Of a stretch of DNA of 64,000 bases, positions 1 through 10,602 are shown piece after piece (within the stretch, counting starts at the first letter, position 1; each line of letters starts with the position of its first letter). The notes beneath the pieces were generated by a model. It was given only the letters and a program-made list of their open reading frames with translations, was not told where the DNA came from and made no database searches. This DNA comes from Trueperaceae bacterium (GTDB taxonomy: Bacteria > Deinococcota > Deinococci > Deinococcales > Trueperaceae), in the NCBI GenBank assembly GCA_965215565.1, contig CBDCDZ010000004.1:896001-960000 (forward strand), given 5' to 3'. The position numbers and the translations under genes are program-made.

Positions 1-2
1 TC

Positions 3-647
3 TACCGCCAGACACTCGCCGCGCAACCTGACGGAAGCGTCACCATCGTGACGGTAGGTTTTTTGCAGAACTTAGCGGACCTCTTAGCGTCGTCTGCCGA
101 CGCGCACAGCCCGCTGAGCGGGCCCGCGCTCGTCGCGCAAAAGGTCAAAAGACTCGTGGTGATGGGCGGTAGATATCCAGAAAACGATGACACGAAAGAC
201 TTTAATCTGACGGGCGGTCCCGAAGAGGACGTGCAAGCTGCGCAAGCGGTGATAGAAATGTGGCCCACCCCCATCGTGTTTAGCGGCAGCGAAATCGGCG
301 ACGCCATCTTCACGGGGAAAACCCTTATAGACACGCTCCCCGAAAACCCCGTGGCGCACGCTTACGACCTCTTCCCCGGCACCGACAACAATGGGGAGCG
401 CGCCAGTTGGGACCTCACCGCCGTGCTCTACGCGGTACGCGGCGAAGAAGACCTCTGGGGCTTGCGCACGGACAGCCACATCGTCGTTCGTAACGACGGC
501 TCGCACGAGTGGCGAGCCGGCGCGGTGGAGCCCGCTCGCATGGCGCTCGAGCTGAAGGCTCCCGCCGAAGAGGTTAAAACGGTACTTAATAATCTGCTCG
601 CTCAAGAACCCATGGGCGAAGAAGCGTCCCCTCAGCAGGAGCAGTAA
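3..647 (+). CDS. Nucleoside hydrolase family protein, 5' end outside the window
   Basis: Frame open from base 3 (YRQTLAAQPDGSVTIVTVGFLQNL); motifs LVVMGG, DFNL and SWDLTAVLYAV typical of IU-nucleoside hydrolases. Confidence 0.75.
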   Translation, partial: YRQTLAAQPDGSVTIVTVGFLQNLADLLASSADAHSPLSGPALVAQKVKRLVVMGGRYPENDDTKDFNLTGGPEEDVQAAQAVIEMWPTPIVFSGSEIGDAIFTGKTLIDTLPENPVAHAYDLFPGTDNNGERASWDLTAVLYAVRGEEDLWGLRTDSHIVVRNDGSHEWRAGAVEPARMALELKAPAEEVKTVLNNLLAQEPMGEEASPQQEQ

Positions 648-716
648 CGGGCGATTCAGTACAACGTTGTCTGACTGACTGCGCGAGCAATATTCGTATA
701 GAACAGCAGCTTAGAG

Positions 717-758
717 GGTATTTCGAGTCGCCATCTGCGGATGGCGACTCGAAATACC
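717..758. terminator. Perfect 19-bp stem hairpin between convergent genes, likely bidirectional terminator
   Basis: GGTATTTCGAGTCGCCATC-TGCG-GATGGCGACTCGAAATACC. Confidence 0.7.
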
Positions 759-2303
759 TTACCCCTGTACCGCTTCTAAAAACCACCCCGGCAACCTCTT
801 TCTCTGCCGCTTTATAAATGCAGGAAAGTCCGCGTCCAGTACATACGTTACGGCGAAATCCTCGGCGCTGCGCACGCTCCGCCCGTAGGCTTGCACAACG
901 GTCAAGCAGGTGCGCCACTCGTACCAGGCAGCGTCCAGCGTTTTGCGCCGCGCGATCTGCGGGTCGCCCAGATACGGGTAGGGCAACTTGCAGATGACTT
1001 GCCACCTCGAGAGGTTCCCTGCTAGGTCGATTCCTTCGGTCATGCTGGGCGTCAAGAGGACGCTGGGCTCGCGGCTGCGCAGGTGCTGCTCTAGCGCCGC
1101 GTCGCGTCCGTCCGCGCTGTAGTGGGTGATGAGGCGTTTTTGGTAGCGCTTAGGCAAATTGCGCGCGATGTAGGCGGCAATTTTATAGGTATGGGCGTGA
1201 ATGACACCCTTATCGTAAGGGTGAGACTCTAGGAGGTCGGTGATTTCAGCGACGAGCTTAGGCAGGTCACGCTCCAGATGGTGCCGCGTCAACTTAGCGA
1301 CGGGCTTGGGGTAGATCGGGCGGTTTTCGGGCGGAAACTCGGAGCGGACCGCGATGACCTCAGCCTCTTCAGGCGCGACGCCCAAGCTGCGCAGGTAGGT
1401 GGGCGGGTCTAAAATCGTCGCGGAGAGCATCAGGACGCGCTCGCCGAAGCCGAAGAGGAGAGGCTCGGCGAACGCGGATACCCGAACGGGCTTAAAGGTC
1501 ACGCTCTGTCCGCCTTCGCCGCGCTTATGCTCGACTACCCACTCGACATCGTTTTCGGTCCTCGAGTCCGTCAGAAGCCGCAGTCGCCCCAACTGATTGT
1601 CCAGCCACCTCTTGTGTTGCATCTGCTCCAGAGCGACGTCGGCGGGAAGCTGATTCTTTTTAAGTTCTAAGTCAAGCGCTTTGCTGCGCCCTTTGAGGAG
1701 CGGTATCACGTCCTCGGCGAAGTCGAAAAACTCTAAGTCATCAAAAGCGCTCGGAATGCTCTCAGAAATCCCGACGCGCCGCAACGCCACATCCGAAAGC
1801 GTCACCTCGATAAAGCCCATCAGCGCGGCTTCGGCGTTGTGCGCCTCGTCTAAAACGAGCAAGTCACGCGGTCCGAAACCGCCCGAATAGTTGAGTTCGG
1901 CTAAGTAGTAGGCGTAGTTCATGATGGCGTTGTCCGCCGCAACCGCCACGTCTTTTGCCGTGAAGTAGGGGCAGTCGTCGCACTCGGGGAACTTGCGCCC
2001 GGCGATGCACGGCGCGGCGGCGGCGTGCGTCGGCGCGACGAGGCAGGGGTAGTTGCTGCGCCCTTTCATGAGCGCCATGTCGGGAAAGTCGCGAAGGTAC
2101 TGCTCTTGCAGCAACTTCTGTGCGGTCAAAATGTAGGCGCTCTGCGCTTCGCGCGCTAAGGTCACGGCAATCGCGGACTTGCCCGAGCCCGTCGGCGCTT
2201 CGATGACGACAAAGCGTTTGCCGCGCTTAAAAGCGTCTTTCGCCTGCGCGATCGCCTCGCGCTGACCCTGGCGGTACGTTTTGAAGGGGAAGGTCTGAGG
2301 CAC
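759..2303 (-). CDS. DinG/Rad3-family ATP-dependent DNA helicase
   Basis: Q motif, Walker A APTGSGKS, Cys cluster (C..C..CDDCPY), DEAH, SAT, QAYGRSVR. Confidence 0.88.
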   Translation of the reverse strand: MPQTFPFKTYRQGQREAIAQAKDAFKRGKRFVVIEAPTGSGKSAIAVTLAREAQSAYILTAQKLLQEQYLRDFPDMALMKGRSNYPCLVAPTHAAAAPCIAGRKFPECDDCPYFTAKDVAVAADNAIMNYAYYLAELNYSGGFGPRDLLVLDEAHNAEAALMGFIEVTLSDVALRRVGISESIPSAFDDLEFFDFAEDVIPLLKGRSKALDLELKKNQLPADVALEQMQHKRWLDNQLGRLRLLTDSRTENDVEWVVEHKRGEGGQSVTFKPVRVSAFAEPLLFGFGERVLMLSATILDPPTYLRSLGVAPEEAEVIAVRSEFPPENRPIYPKPVAKLTRHHLERDLPKLVAEITDLLESHPYDKGVIHAHTYKIAAYIARNLPKRYQKRLITHYSADGRDAALEQHLRSREPSVLLTPSMTEGIDLAGNLSRWQVICKLPYPYLGDPQIARRKTLDAAWYEWRTCLTVVQAYGRSVRSAEDFAVTYVLDADFPAFIKRQRKRLPGWFLEAVQG

Positions 2304-2490
2304 GCTTTAGGCTATCACGGGAGAGGTAAGGGCGGCGCTTCGGCAAGGGGTGAGAGATTGAGCGTAGAGGTGAGGGTAGTGGCTTTATTTGATAGCGCTG
2401 ATGCCAAAGCAAGGGGTTTCAACACCTTGTTCACCGTGTAGAGATAGTAAAGGGAGCACATGGCGGCATTCGACTCGGAACCACTACCTA

Positions 2491-2622
2491 CAGCAGTTCC
2501 AAGACATACTGAGATAAATGAATGCAGGCATCATCACCGAACGTGCGTGCTAGACATCGCTTTGAACAGTGAGAGCGTTGCTTCGCATCGCTTCGCACAC
2601 TCAAACCAGATGCTACCTGCTA
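2491..2622 (+). mobile_element. Miniature repeat element family A, copy 1
   Basis: AGCAGTTCC...ACTGAGA...GTGCGTGC...AGTGAG...ACCAGATG.TACCTGCTA, shared with about 11 other intergenic copies. Confidence 0.85.
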
Positions 2623-2708
2623 TTAAGTGAGAAGGCAGAGGTAAGAAGTAGGACCTCCGGCCTTTTGAAATCGCTCGAGCCTCCCCGAAGCAGCGAATGT
2701 CGAAGCCG

Positions 2709-2733
2709 AAATATACCCCCTATAGGTATTTTA
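2709..2733. promoter_or_regulatory. CsoR/RcnR-like operator palindrome upstream of trxB
   Basis: ATACC-CCCTATA-GGTAT with AT-rich flanks. Confidence 0.45.
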
Positions 2734-2789
2734 TTGTACAGTTCAACCGCCAGCGAGATGCTATGGTTGATGGAATGCGGGAGGATTCT

Positions 2790-3776
2790 ATGAGCAAACC
2801 ACAACACGAAAAAGTTGACGTCGTTATCGTCGGCGGCGGTCCAGCAGGACTCACGGCAGGCATCTACGCCGGGCGCGGTCAGCTAGACACGGTTATCTTA
2901 GAAAAAGGTCTCCCTGGTGGGCAGATTGCGCAGACGCAAGAGGTCGAGAACTACCCCGGCTTCGATGAGGTCGTGAGCGGTCCCGAACTGTCTCAGCGCA
3001 TGGTGCGCCAAGCGGAGAAGTTCGGCGCGAAGATCGCGATGGAAGAGGTCTCGAGCGTCGAGCAGCGCGGCGTGGACTTTTTGGTCAAGGGCTACGACAA
3101 GACGTACGAGGCTAAAGCCGTCATCGTCGCGACGGGCGCGAACCCGCGTCGTCTAGGCGTACCCGGCGAGGACGAGTTCTACGGGCGCGGCGTCTCGACG
3201 TGCGCGACGTGCGACGGGTTCTTCTACCGGGGCAAAGAGGTCATTGTCGTAGGAGGTGGCGACGCCGCCATCGAAGAGGGTATGTTTCTCACCAAGTTCG
3301 CGGACAAGGTCACCATCGTGCACCGTCGGGGCGAACTCCGCGCGAACGGCGAGGCGCAAAAGCGCGCCTTCGCTAACCCCAAGATGCACTGGGTCTGGAA
3401 CACCGTCGTCGAAGAGGTCTTGGGCGACGAGCAGGTGACGGGCGTTCGAGTGACAAACGTCGAGACGGGTGAAGAGAGTACCTTGAGCGCCGACGGTGTC
3501 TTTATCTACATCGGCCACGTACCCAATACCAAGTACTTAGAAGATTTGGTGCACCTGCGCGAGAGCGGCTACATTGACGTTCGTGACGAAATTTACACAA
3601 ATGTCGAAGGTCTTTTCGCGGCGGGCGACGTTGCCGATGAGGTGTACCGGCAGCTCGGCACGAGCGTCGGCGCGGGCACACGGGCGGCGATGGCGGCGGA
3701 GCGTTACTTAGCGGAGCGCGAGGCGAACGTCGAAATCTCGACCTCCGAAGCGGAGGTGCTGAGCACCGCGCCTTAA
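2790..3776 (+). CDS. trxB: Thioredoxin reductase
   Basis: GGGPAG FAD motif, CATCDG redox motif, GGGDAA, FAAGDV; RBS GGAGG before ATG 2790. Confidence 0.96.
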   Translation: MSKPQHEKVDVVIVGGGPAGLTAGIYAGRGQLDTVILEKGLPGGQIAQTQEVENYPGFDEVVSGPELSQRMVRQAEKFGAKIAMEEVSSVEQRGVDFLVKGYDKTYEAKAVIVATGANPRRLGVPGEDEFYGRGVSTCATCDGFFYRGKEVIVVGGGDAAIEEGMFLTKFADKVTIVHRRGELRANGEAQKRAFANPKMHWVWNTVVEEVLGDEQVTGVRVTNVETGEESTLSADGVFIYIGHVPNTKYLEDLVHLRESGYIDVRDEIYTNVEGLFAAGDVADEVYRQLGTSVGAGTRAAMAAERYLAEREANVEISTSEAEVLSTAP

Positions 3777-3800
3777 CGAAGCGATGAATCTTCAAGTCAA

Positions 3801-3832
3801 GGACACGGACTTCTCAGGGGTTCGTGTTTTTT
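3801..3832 (+). terminator. Intrinsic terminator after trxB
   Basis: GACACGGACTTC-TCA-GGGGTTCGTGTT followed by a T run. Confidence 0.6.
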
Positions 3833-4000
3833 AGTTTGGGCTCGAGCCACCCAAGCACCTCTTAGCGCTACGAGCAGGGGTAGCGGTTCTGGTAGTTGCT
3901 CGAGCCATCCCTCTCCCCAATTTTTATACAACTCAAAATGTGAAGATTCTGACCCCTCTCCCCCTGCGCTTCTCATAGCGTCTTGGGTATACTGCGTGTC

Positions 4001-5062
4001 GTGTTTAAGTTGCGCTTAGCAGGCTATGTGCTGCGCGAAACGACTTGGCTCTACGCTTTCGGCGTCGCCGCCTTTTGCCTGCTCCTCTCCATCGATACCT
4101 TGACCGTGTGGGCCAGCTACCTCTTAGAGCAAGACGCGACGCTCTTAGACGTAGGACGCCTGATGCTCTACCAAACGCCCTTTTTCTTACATATTTCGCT
4201 GCCCATCGCGGCGGTTTTCGCGGTGCTCTTAGCCACCGGGCGACTCGCCAAGGACTCCGAACTCAAAGCGGCGTACGCGCTCGGCGTGCCGCCTTTTTCG
4301 CTCTTGGGACCGCTGCTCTTTTTTGGGCTCGCCGTGAGCGTCGTTGCGGTGGTCAACAACGGCTACTTGGAGCCGAGGGGCGAGATCGCCCAGGAGGAAC
4401 TCGTCGCCTCGTTCTACAACGCGCGCCCCTCTGCCGAGACGCAGCGCGACGCCTCCTTTACGCAGGAGGAGGGCGTCTACTACGCCGCGCGCATCCGCGC
4501 CGACGAGACGGACCGCACCAGAGCGGGGCTCTCCGGCATGCTGATTTATCGGGATGACGGCACGCTCCTCACCGCGCAGAGCGGCACCTGGGACAGCGCC
4601 GCAAAAACCTGGACGCTCGACAACGTGGAAATCTTGCCGCCCGAGGGCTCGCCGGGTTCGGCGGCGCAGATGACCCTACCCTTCGATTTGGACAACGACG
4701 CCGCGACGAACCTAGCCGAGTCCGAGAAGCTCACGCTAGGCGAACTGTGGGACCGTATTAGAAGCGCAGGCGCGTCGGGACGCGAGTCGCGCGGCGACGT
4801 ATTCAACTTCCACCAGCGCTTGGCTGACGCTTTTAGCGCTGCCATTTTCGTGCTCATTGCAGGCGCGTTGGGCTTGCATATTCGCGGGCGTAGCGCAGGC
4901 TTCGCCTGGACAATTGTCTTGCTCGTCCTCTTCTTCGCGCTCTGGACGCTTTCAGAAAACCTCTTCGAACAGGGAGTGCTCCCGCCCATCATAGCGGCGT
5001 GGTTTACAAGCGCAGTTATCGGTCTGGTTGGCTTCGTGGTGGCGGCGGTGCGGTTAAGGTGA
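4001..5062 (+). CDS. LptF/LptG family permease
   Basis: 3 TM + soluble domain + 3 TM; GRLAKDSELKAAYALG motif; GTG 7 nt after TATACT (leaderless). Confidence 0.85.
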   Translation: MFKLRLAGYVLRETTWLYAFGVAAFCLLLSIDTLTVWASYLLEQDATLLDVGRLMLYQTPFFLHISLPIAAVFAVLLATGRLAKDSELKAAYALGVPPFSLLGPLLFFGLAVSVVAVVNNGYLEPRGEIAQEELVASFYNARPSAETQRDASFTQEEGVYYAARIRADETDRTRAGLSGMLIYRDDGTLLTAQSGTWDSAAKTWTLDNVEILPPEGSPGSAAQMTLPFDLDNDAATNLAESEKLTLGELWDRIRSAGASGRESRGDVFNFHQRLADAFSAAIFVLIAGALGLHIRGRSAGFAWTIVLLVLFFALWTLSENLFEQGVLPPIIAAWFTSAVIGLVGFVVAAVRLR

Positions 5063-6132
5063 ACAAACGCTTCAGCTTCTACCTCATCCGCGAAATCTTG
5101 CCTCTTTACGCAGCTGGTTTCACGGCGCTCCTGATTCTCCTCTTGGGCGCGTACCTCTTGGACATTTTGGCGGGGGCGATCTCGAGAGGCGTCAGCCCCG
5201 CTTTAGTCGCCGAGTTCTTGCTCTACAGCTTGCCGAGCGCGGCAGGCATGGGCATCCCGCTGGCGCTGCTGTTCGCCGCGCTTTTAGGCGTTACCCGCTT
5301 AAACCAAGACAGCGAAATCAAAGCGGGGCTCCTCTTAGGGTTGAGCCCTAGACAGTTCCTCGTTCCGCTGCTCCTCTTAGGGCTCGCAGTCAGCGCGGTG
5401 AGTTTTATCAACAATGAGTTGATCGTCCCCTGGAGTGACCAGCGGGCGCAAGAGGTCCAAAAGGACATCCTCATCCAGAGCCCGCAAGCCCTAGTCGAGG
5501 CGGGTAACTTCTTCACCGACGCGCTCGGGCGGAGCGTCTACATCGAGGCTCTGGAGCCCGGTGGCAACGTGCGCGGCGTGACCGTGATTCAGCCCGAGAA
5601 CTCGCTCGGACCCAAAGAGGTCGTCCGGGCGGAGCGGGGCGTGCTGGACGAAGAGGCGGGGGTGTGGCGCTTAGAGGGGATTCGCTTCGTCAAGTATCGC
5701 CAAGGGCAACCTATCTTGGACGCGCCCGCCACTGGCGCAACCCTACCCGTACGCAACCTCGCGACGAGCAACGTCGAGACGCCCGACCTCACCAAGCTGC
5801 CGATGGGCGAGCTTCTGGCGCGGCTCCGTAACAGCAGCGGTTTCCGGCAGAGCGCCGAGTGGACGGCGCTGCACCGCAAGTTCGCCGAGCCTCTGGCCGC
5901 CACCGCCTTCGCGGTGTTCGCCTTGGCCATCGGGTTATACAGCTTCCGCCGCAACTTCGGGCTCGGGCTCGTCTCGGTGCTCTTCTTGACCTTCATCTAC
6001 TACGCGGTCTGGAGCGTCTCGAAGCTTTTGGGCGCGCAGGGGACGATTCCGGCGTACGTGGCGGGCTGGTTGCCCGTCGCGCTCTACGCGCTAGCGGCGA
6101 GTGTGCTCCTGGCACTTAGTTGGAGGCGGTAG
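5059..6132 (+). CDS. LptF/LptG family permease
   Basis: RLNQDSEIKA motif, HRKFAEP; GTGA overlap with the upstream stop. Confidence 0.85.
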   Translation: MNKRFSFYLIREILPLYAAGFTALLILLLGAYLLDILAGAISRGVSPALVAEFLLYSLPSAAGMGIPLALLFAALLGVTRLNQDSEIKAGLLLGLSPRQFLVPLLLLGLAVSAVSFINNELIVPWSDQRAQEVQKDILIQSPQALVEAGNFFTDALGRSVYIEALEPGGNVRGVTVIQPENSLGPKEVVRAERGVLDEEAGVWRLEGIRFVKYRQGQPILDAPATGATLPVRNLATSNVETPDLTKLPMGELLARLRNSSGFRQSAEWTALHRKFAEPLAATAFAVFALAIGLYSFRRNFGLGLVSVLFLTFIYYAVWSVSKLLGAQGTIPAYVAGWLPVALYALAASVLLALSWRR

Positions 6133-9100
6133 GTGCAGGGTCTGACGCCGGGTCCGCTCAAGCTCGTCCTCTGCACGCTCCTTTTGGCGCTCACCTCGCT
6201 TACGTTCGCCGTACAGATCGACATCCTTTCAGCCAATAGGTTAGAAGTTCGTCCCATCACGCTACCCGACGGGAGCGAGGGCGAACTTATCGTTATCTCC
6301 GGCTCACCCGTGCGGCTGCGCGTGGACGACGACGAGATCACGGCGGAGTATATCGAGTTCGACCGCGAGAGCCGCCTCTTGCGCATCGTTGGGGCGGGCG
6401 ACCTCTCCTACGACGACGTCTCGACGGAGGGCGAGGACTACGTGGTGGACTTGTCCACGCAGGAGTTCACGGTGCAAGATGTGTTCATCTTCACTGCGCC
6501 CATCGATATTCAGGGTGTCAGCGCGGAGCGGCTGCCGGGGCAGGTGAACATCACGGCGGGCGCGTTCAGCCCCTGTAGCCGCTGTAACCAGGACACGCAA
6601 GACTATTCGTTTCGCGCCGAAAGGATGCGTCTCTATCCAGGTGACCGCTTGGTAGCGTTCGACGTGACGGTGCTCATCCGCGACGCGCCCGTGCTCTTCT
6701 TGCCGCTGTTAGTGGTGCCGCTCGGTCCGCAGGAACGTCAGCCGCGTTTCAGCATCAGTCAAGGTACGGGTTTAGTGAGCGACGACAACGGCGCGGAGAT
6801 CGCGCTCGACTGGCCCTACGTGATCGGCGCGAACGCTTTCGGCACGACCTCTTTGCGCTACTACGCCGACGTAACGCCGGGCGCGGGCAACGGCTTTACG
6901 GAGAGCTTTTTCGGCGGGCGCATCGACCGGAGCTATTTCGGCGGCGGCTTCGACCACAACTTCTATACGGAGCAGGGGCAGGGCGACCTGGACTTTTTCT
7001 ACCTGCCCGCCTTTGCGGAGCGGAACACGGACGACGAAGACCCTCCGCGCAACGCGTTCACCTTTCGCTTCGCGTACGCCACCATCGAAGCGTTGAATAT
7101 CCCCCAACTGAGCGTCGAGGTTTTACGCGATGACGACGCGAATCAGCGCATCGGTGAGTACGGCGTGGCGTACAGCGACACGCTTTTCGGGGGGTCTCTG
7201 TACGCTGTAGATGCGCAGTTTCGGACGCGAGGCTACTACGACTTCGACCGGGCTGACGACGTTGCGCTGCCCTCCTACGCGGACCGGAACACGCCCGAAC
7301 TTACCTATGGGCGCGTGACGCTGGAGCCTGCAGAACGTGCGAGCTTCAGCATCGGACCCTTTACGCTGTCCGAGCTGCTTTTAGACCTCGGCGTGTTCGA
7401 GGACTCGAGCAACCCCGGCAACCGCAGCGCGGCGCAGACGCCCAAGTCCACCGCCGGGCGGCTCGTGGAGAGCCACCAGCTCCGTTTGGACACCCTAGAA
7501 CCGCTGCCCGGCTTTAGCATTTCGGGAAACACGACCTTTAGAGGTCAGTACTACACGAACGGCGAGCGGCTCGTGGATTGGGACAGCGAGCTGCGCGCGG
7601 CGCAAGATTTCGGCGTCGGGACGCTCTCCTTGAATTTCACGCGCGACGTCAACCAGGGCGAGACGCCCTTTCGCTTCGACGCGCTGGGCACGGACCAGAC
7701 CCGCACCGCCCTCGCCTCGTCGCTGTCGCTCACGCCCGCCGCGTGGCTCAGCCTGAACGTAGACCAGACCTACGTGTTCGTGGACACCCGCACGCCGGAT
7801 GACGTAGGGGCGGGACCGCTCGAGTCCCGCCTGTCCCTCTTCGGCAACCTCAGATGGTTGGATGTAAGCTTCGCCAACGAGTACGACATAGAGGAAAACG
7901 ACCCCGGCACCTTGGAGACGAACGTCACGCTGACCTCGCCCGACTCGATCGTCACCGGACGCTTCAGCTACGACGTCGTGCAGGACTTTCAGACCACCAC
8001 CACGAACCGCACGGACGGCGCGGCGGAGCTAGAGGACGACTCCGAGACCACCCTCGAGGCGGAACTCGGCTACGCGAACGTGTTCAATGTGGATTTAGCG
8101 GGCGGTACGAGGTACGACGTGAGCGATAATGGTGGTAATGAGGTGATTCGCCGAGAGTACAAACCGTTCACCATCGGCGCGACGATCGGCTCTCTAGACC
8201 AAGCGGATGAGGTGCCTGGCGCGCGCTTTTTCTATGAGCGCGACCTCAACGTTCCCGCGGGGCAAACGGCGGGCGAGACGCGGGAGCTAGGCTACGAAGT
8301 GACCGGACGTTACGGCCCCGTGACCGCCAGGCTGGAGCAGACCTTCGACTTCGCCGACAACGCCGTGGACGACACCCTCTACAACCTCACCTGGGAGGAC
8401 GCGGTCAGCCTCGAGGCGACGGGCTTCACCCTCGTGCCGCCTAGCTTGCTCGGCTTAGAGCCCGAGGACGAGGCGGGCTTCGAATCGGACTTCAGCGTGA
8501 GCGTGCGCGACGAGACGCAGCCCGACGACGAGACCTGGTCACTTACCTACAGCACTACCTTTGACCCGGACCTCGCGAACCGTACGGGCGGCGTAGGGGG
8601 CTACCGGAACTCGCGGCTCCAGTTCCTCGTCGATCTGCCGAGCACCTATATCGGCACTTCGCTGGGCGACATCGGCTTCCGGGTAGACCTCCGCTCCGAG
8701 CTGCTTTTGGCGGACGCGCAACTCGCCCAGACCTACCTCCGCAACGCCGAACTGACGCTCTTTAGCGACTTCTTCTCGCGCGTCGGCGTGCAAGGCAGGC
8801 TCGAGTATAACGCGACGCTGAGCGGCGACGACTTCACCAGGAGCGCCCTGACGCTAGACGAGTTCGGTGTAACGGCGCGCGTGACCGACGAAGTCTACGT
8901 CTCCGCGCTGCTGAACGACGTCTGGGATTTCACGGGCACCAACGCGGCGCAGAGCCCCTTCACCTTCCAGCCGACGCTCTACGTCACCTGGAACCGCTGC
9001 TGCTGGGCGCTCTACAGCTCGCTCGACACAGAGAACGGCACGCTCAGAATCGCGCTGGGCTTTCCGGGTGAAGAGACGGGCTTTCAGCAAGCCTTCGACA

Positions 9101-9135
9101 CGCCGCTCGCGCTGCCGCGCCGCCGCGGAGAGTAG
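6133..9135 (+). CDS. LptD-like outer-membrane beta-barrel protein (1000 aa)
   Basis: Signal peptide, OstA-like N-terminus, FSPCSRC, amphipathic beta-strand pattern, C-terminal CC; operonic with two LptF/G genes. Confidence 0.7.
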   Translation: MQGLTPGPLKLVLCTLLLALTSLTFAVQIDILSANRLEVRPITLPDGSEGELIVISGSPVRLRVDDDEITAEYIEFDRESRLLRIVGAGDLSYDDVSTEGEDYVVDLSTQEFTVQDVFIFTAPIDIQGVSAERLPGQVNITAGAFSPCSRCNQDTQDYSFRAERMRLYPGDRLVAFDVTVLIRDAPVLFLPLLVVPLGPQERQPRFSISQGTGLVSDDNGAEIALDWPYVIGANAFGTTSLRYYADVTPGAGNGFTESFFGGRIDRSYFGGGFDHNFYTEQGQGDLDFFYLPAFAERNTDDEDPPRNAFTFRFAYATIEALNIPQLSVEVLRDDDANQRIGEYGVAYSDTLFGGSLYAVDAQFRTRGYYDFDRADDVALPSYADRNTPELTYGRVTLEPAERASFSIGPFTLSELLLDLGVFEDSSNPGNRSAAQTPKSTAGRLVESHQLRLDTLEPLPGFSISGNTTFRGQYYTNGERLVDWDSELRAAQDFGVGTLSLNFTRDVNQGETPFRFDALGTDQTRTALASSLSLTPAAWLSLNVDQTYVFVDTRTPDDVGAGPLESRLSLFGNLRWLDVSFANEYDIEENDPGTLETNVTLTSPDSIVTGRFSYDVVQDFQTTTTNRTDGAAELEDDSETTLEAELGYANVFNVDLAGGTRYDVSDNGGNEVIRREYKPFTIGATIGSLDQADEVPGARFFYERDLNVPAGQTAGETRELGYEVTGRYGPVTARLEQTFDFADNAVDDTLYNLTWEDAVSLEATGFTLVPPSLLGLEPEDEAGFESDFSVSVRDETQPDDETWSLTYSTTFDPDLANRTGGVGGYRNSRLQFLVDLPSTYIGTSLGDIGFRVDLRSELLLADAQLAQTYLRNAELTLFSDFFSRVGVQGRLEYNATLSGDDFTRSALTLDEFGVTARVTDEVYVSALLNDVWDFTGTNAAQSPFTFQPTLYVTWNRCCWALYSSLDTENGTLRIALGFPGEETGFQQAFDTPLALPRRRGE

Positions 9136-9285
9136 AAAGGGCAGCGGGGTAGAAACAAGGAAGAGAACGCGAAGCGAATAGACGAGCGTAATACCGGCAA
9201 TTAACTCCCTTCAGAAACACCTCTTTATTCAGAAACGCCTCGAGCCGAACATCAATCTAACCTCTTATTCAGATAGGCTAAGACC

Positions 9286-10539
9286 ATGAAACGTCTTCTT
9301 CTTCTCACGCTCCTCGTCCTCACCGCTTGCACGGGTACGACTGAGCAAGGCACGCCCATCTTTCTCGTCGTCGGCTATCAAGCGGACGCGGCGGACGGGG
9401 CGGAGGGCAAGGTGGGGCTCATCGAGGACACCTTCGGGGTCTCGGGAGCCTCCGAGGACAGGCTCTCGTTCGTCACGAGCCGAGACCTGCCTGCCGTCCC
9501 TGTCGCCTACGATTTCACCGACCGCGACAACTTACGAGACACCCTGGTGGTGCTGAGCCGGAACGACGGCAGCGCCAATGTTGCAGATAGCGCCGCCTTT
9601 CTGAGCTTTTTCAATGTAGGGGGCGTCGATCCGGCAGACCCGGCGAACTTTACACTCACGAGAGACTTGCCGCTGAGCACCTTAGACGCCGAGCCCGGCT
9701 TGCCCCTAGACACGGAATTTTGCCCTATCGACGTGCAAGTCAGCAGTGACGGGCGCTACGCCGCGCTGCTCCACGAGGGTACCCCCTGCGGCGCACCCGA
9801 GTTCCAGGCGGTGGACGTCATCGACACGGAGGCCTCGCCGCCCGCGCTGTTAGAGCGCTTCGACATCCAGATCGAACCCGCGAGCCTTTACCTCGCCCAG
9901 GTACCCATAGAGAACGACCGCCTCTACTTCTTTCAGGACGATCCCGCAGGCGTGCAGCTCACTGAGGTCACCCTGCCAGACGAGAACGCGAACAACCCCG
10001 ACATCGACACCGCGCCTGGTGGCGACGTCGAAGAGGTCATCGACATCGCTGACAGCAACCAAGAGGTGGAGGACTTAGGTGTCGTGCGCGCCCCCACCGA
10101 CGCTAACCCCGACCGGCGCGCGCTCGTGGCACTCTTTGACGAGAGCTTCGTGCCTATTGTCAACTACGCCGAGGGCACGCCGGACGACGGCACACGCGAA
10201 GAGACGATTGACGAGAGCCGCAAGATCATCACCGACGACTTCTTGACTACGGAGACGATCTTCGTTTTGGGCGAGGACGAGTTCACCGTCCATCAAAATA
10301 TAGGTGCGGCAGAGGAAGAAAGCGTGAGCATCAGCGCGGCGGACGCCGTTTACGAGCCCAGAAACCGCTTCGTCTTCTTCGTGTCGGACCAACTGGTTCG
10401 CATCTTCGACCCTACGGACTTCACCTTTGGAGAAGATAACGACATCGATATCGACAGCCTACCGACGATCACAGAACTCACCAATCCCGCTTTCATCACG
10501 TGGGCACAGGCGGTGGGGGGCGCGCCTACCGAGGATTGA
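9286..10539 (+). CDS. Acidic lipoprotein, possibly a beta-propeller
   Basis: Lipobox LTAC; SSDGRYAA and YEPRNRFVFF blade-like segments. Confidence 0.65.
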   Translation: MKRLLLLTLLVLTACTGTTEQGTPIFLVVGYQADAADGAEGKVGLIEDTFGVSGASEDRLSFVTSRDLPAVPVAYDFTDRDNLRDTLVVLSRNDGSANVADSAAFLSFFNVGGVDPADPANFTLTRDLPLSTLDAEPGLPLDTEFCPIDVQVSSDGRYAALLHEGTPCGAPEFQAVDVIDTEASPPALLERFDIQIEPASLYLAQVPIENDRLYFFQDDPAGVQLTEVTLPDENANNPDIDTAPGGDVEEVIDIADSNQEVEDLGVVRAPTDANPDRRALVALFDESFVPIVNYAEGTPDDGTREETIDESRKIITDDFLTTETIFVLGEDEFTVHQNIGAAEEESVSISAADAVYEPRNRFVFFVSDQLVRIFDPTDFTFGEDNDIDIDSLPTITELTNPAFITWAQAVGGAPTED

Positions 10540-10602
10540 CAGCAGGATTCATCCTCTATTCATGGCAGCAAGTGGGGTGGGCGTCGGGTGATAGACTACT
10601 CT

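Noticed and set aside
2697..2789. 31-aa N-terminal extension of TrxB (second MSKP)
   Set aside because: A good RBS precedes ATG 2790 and the extension overlaps the operator-like palindrome.
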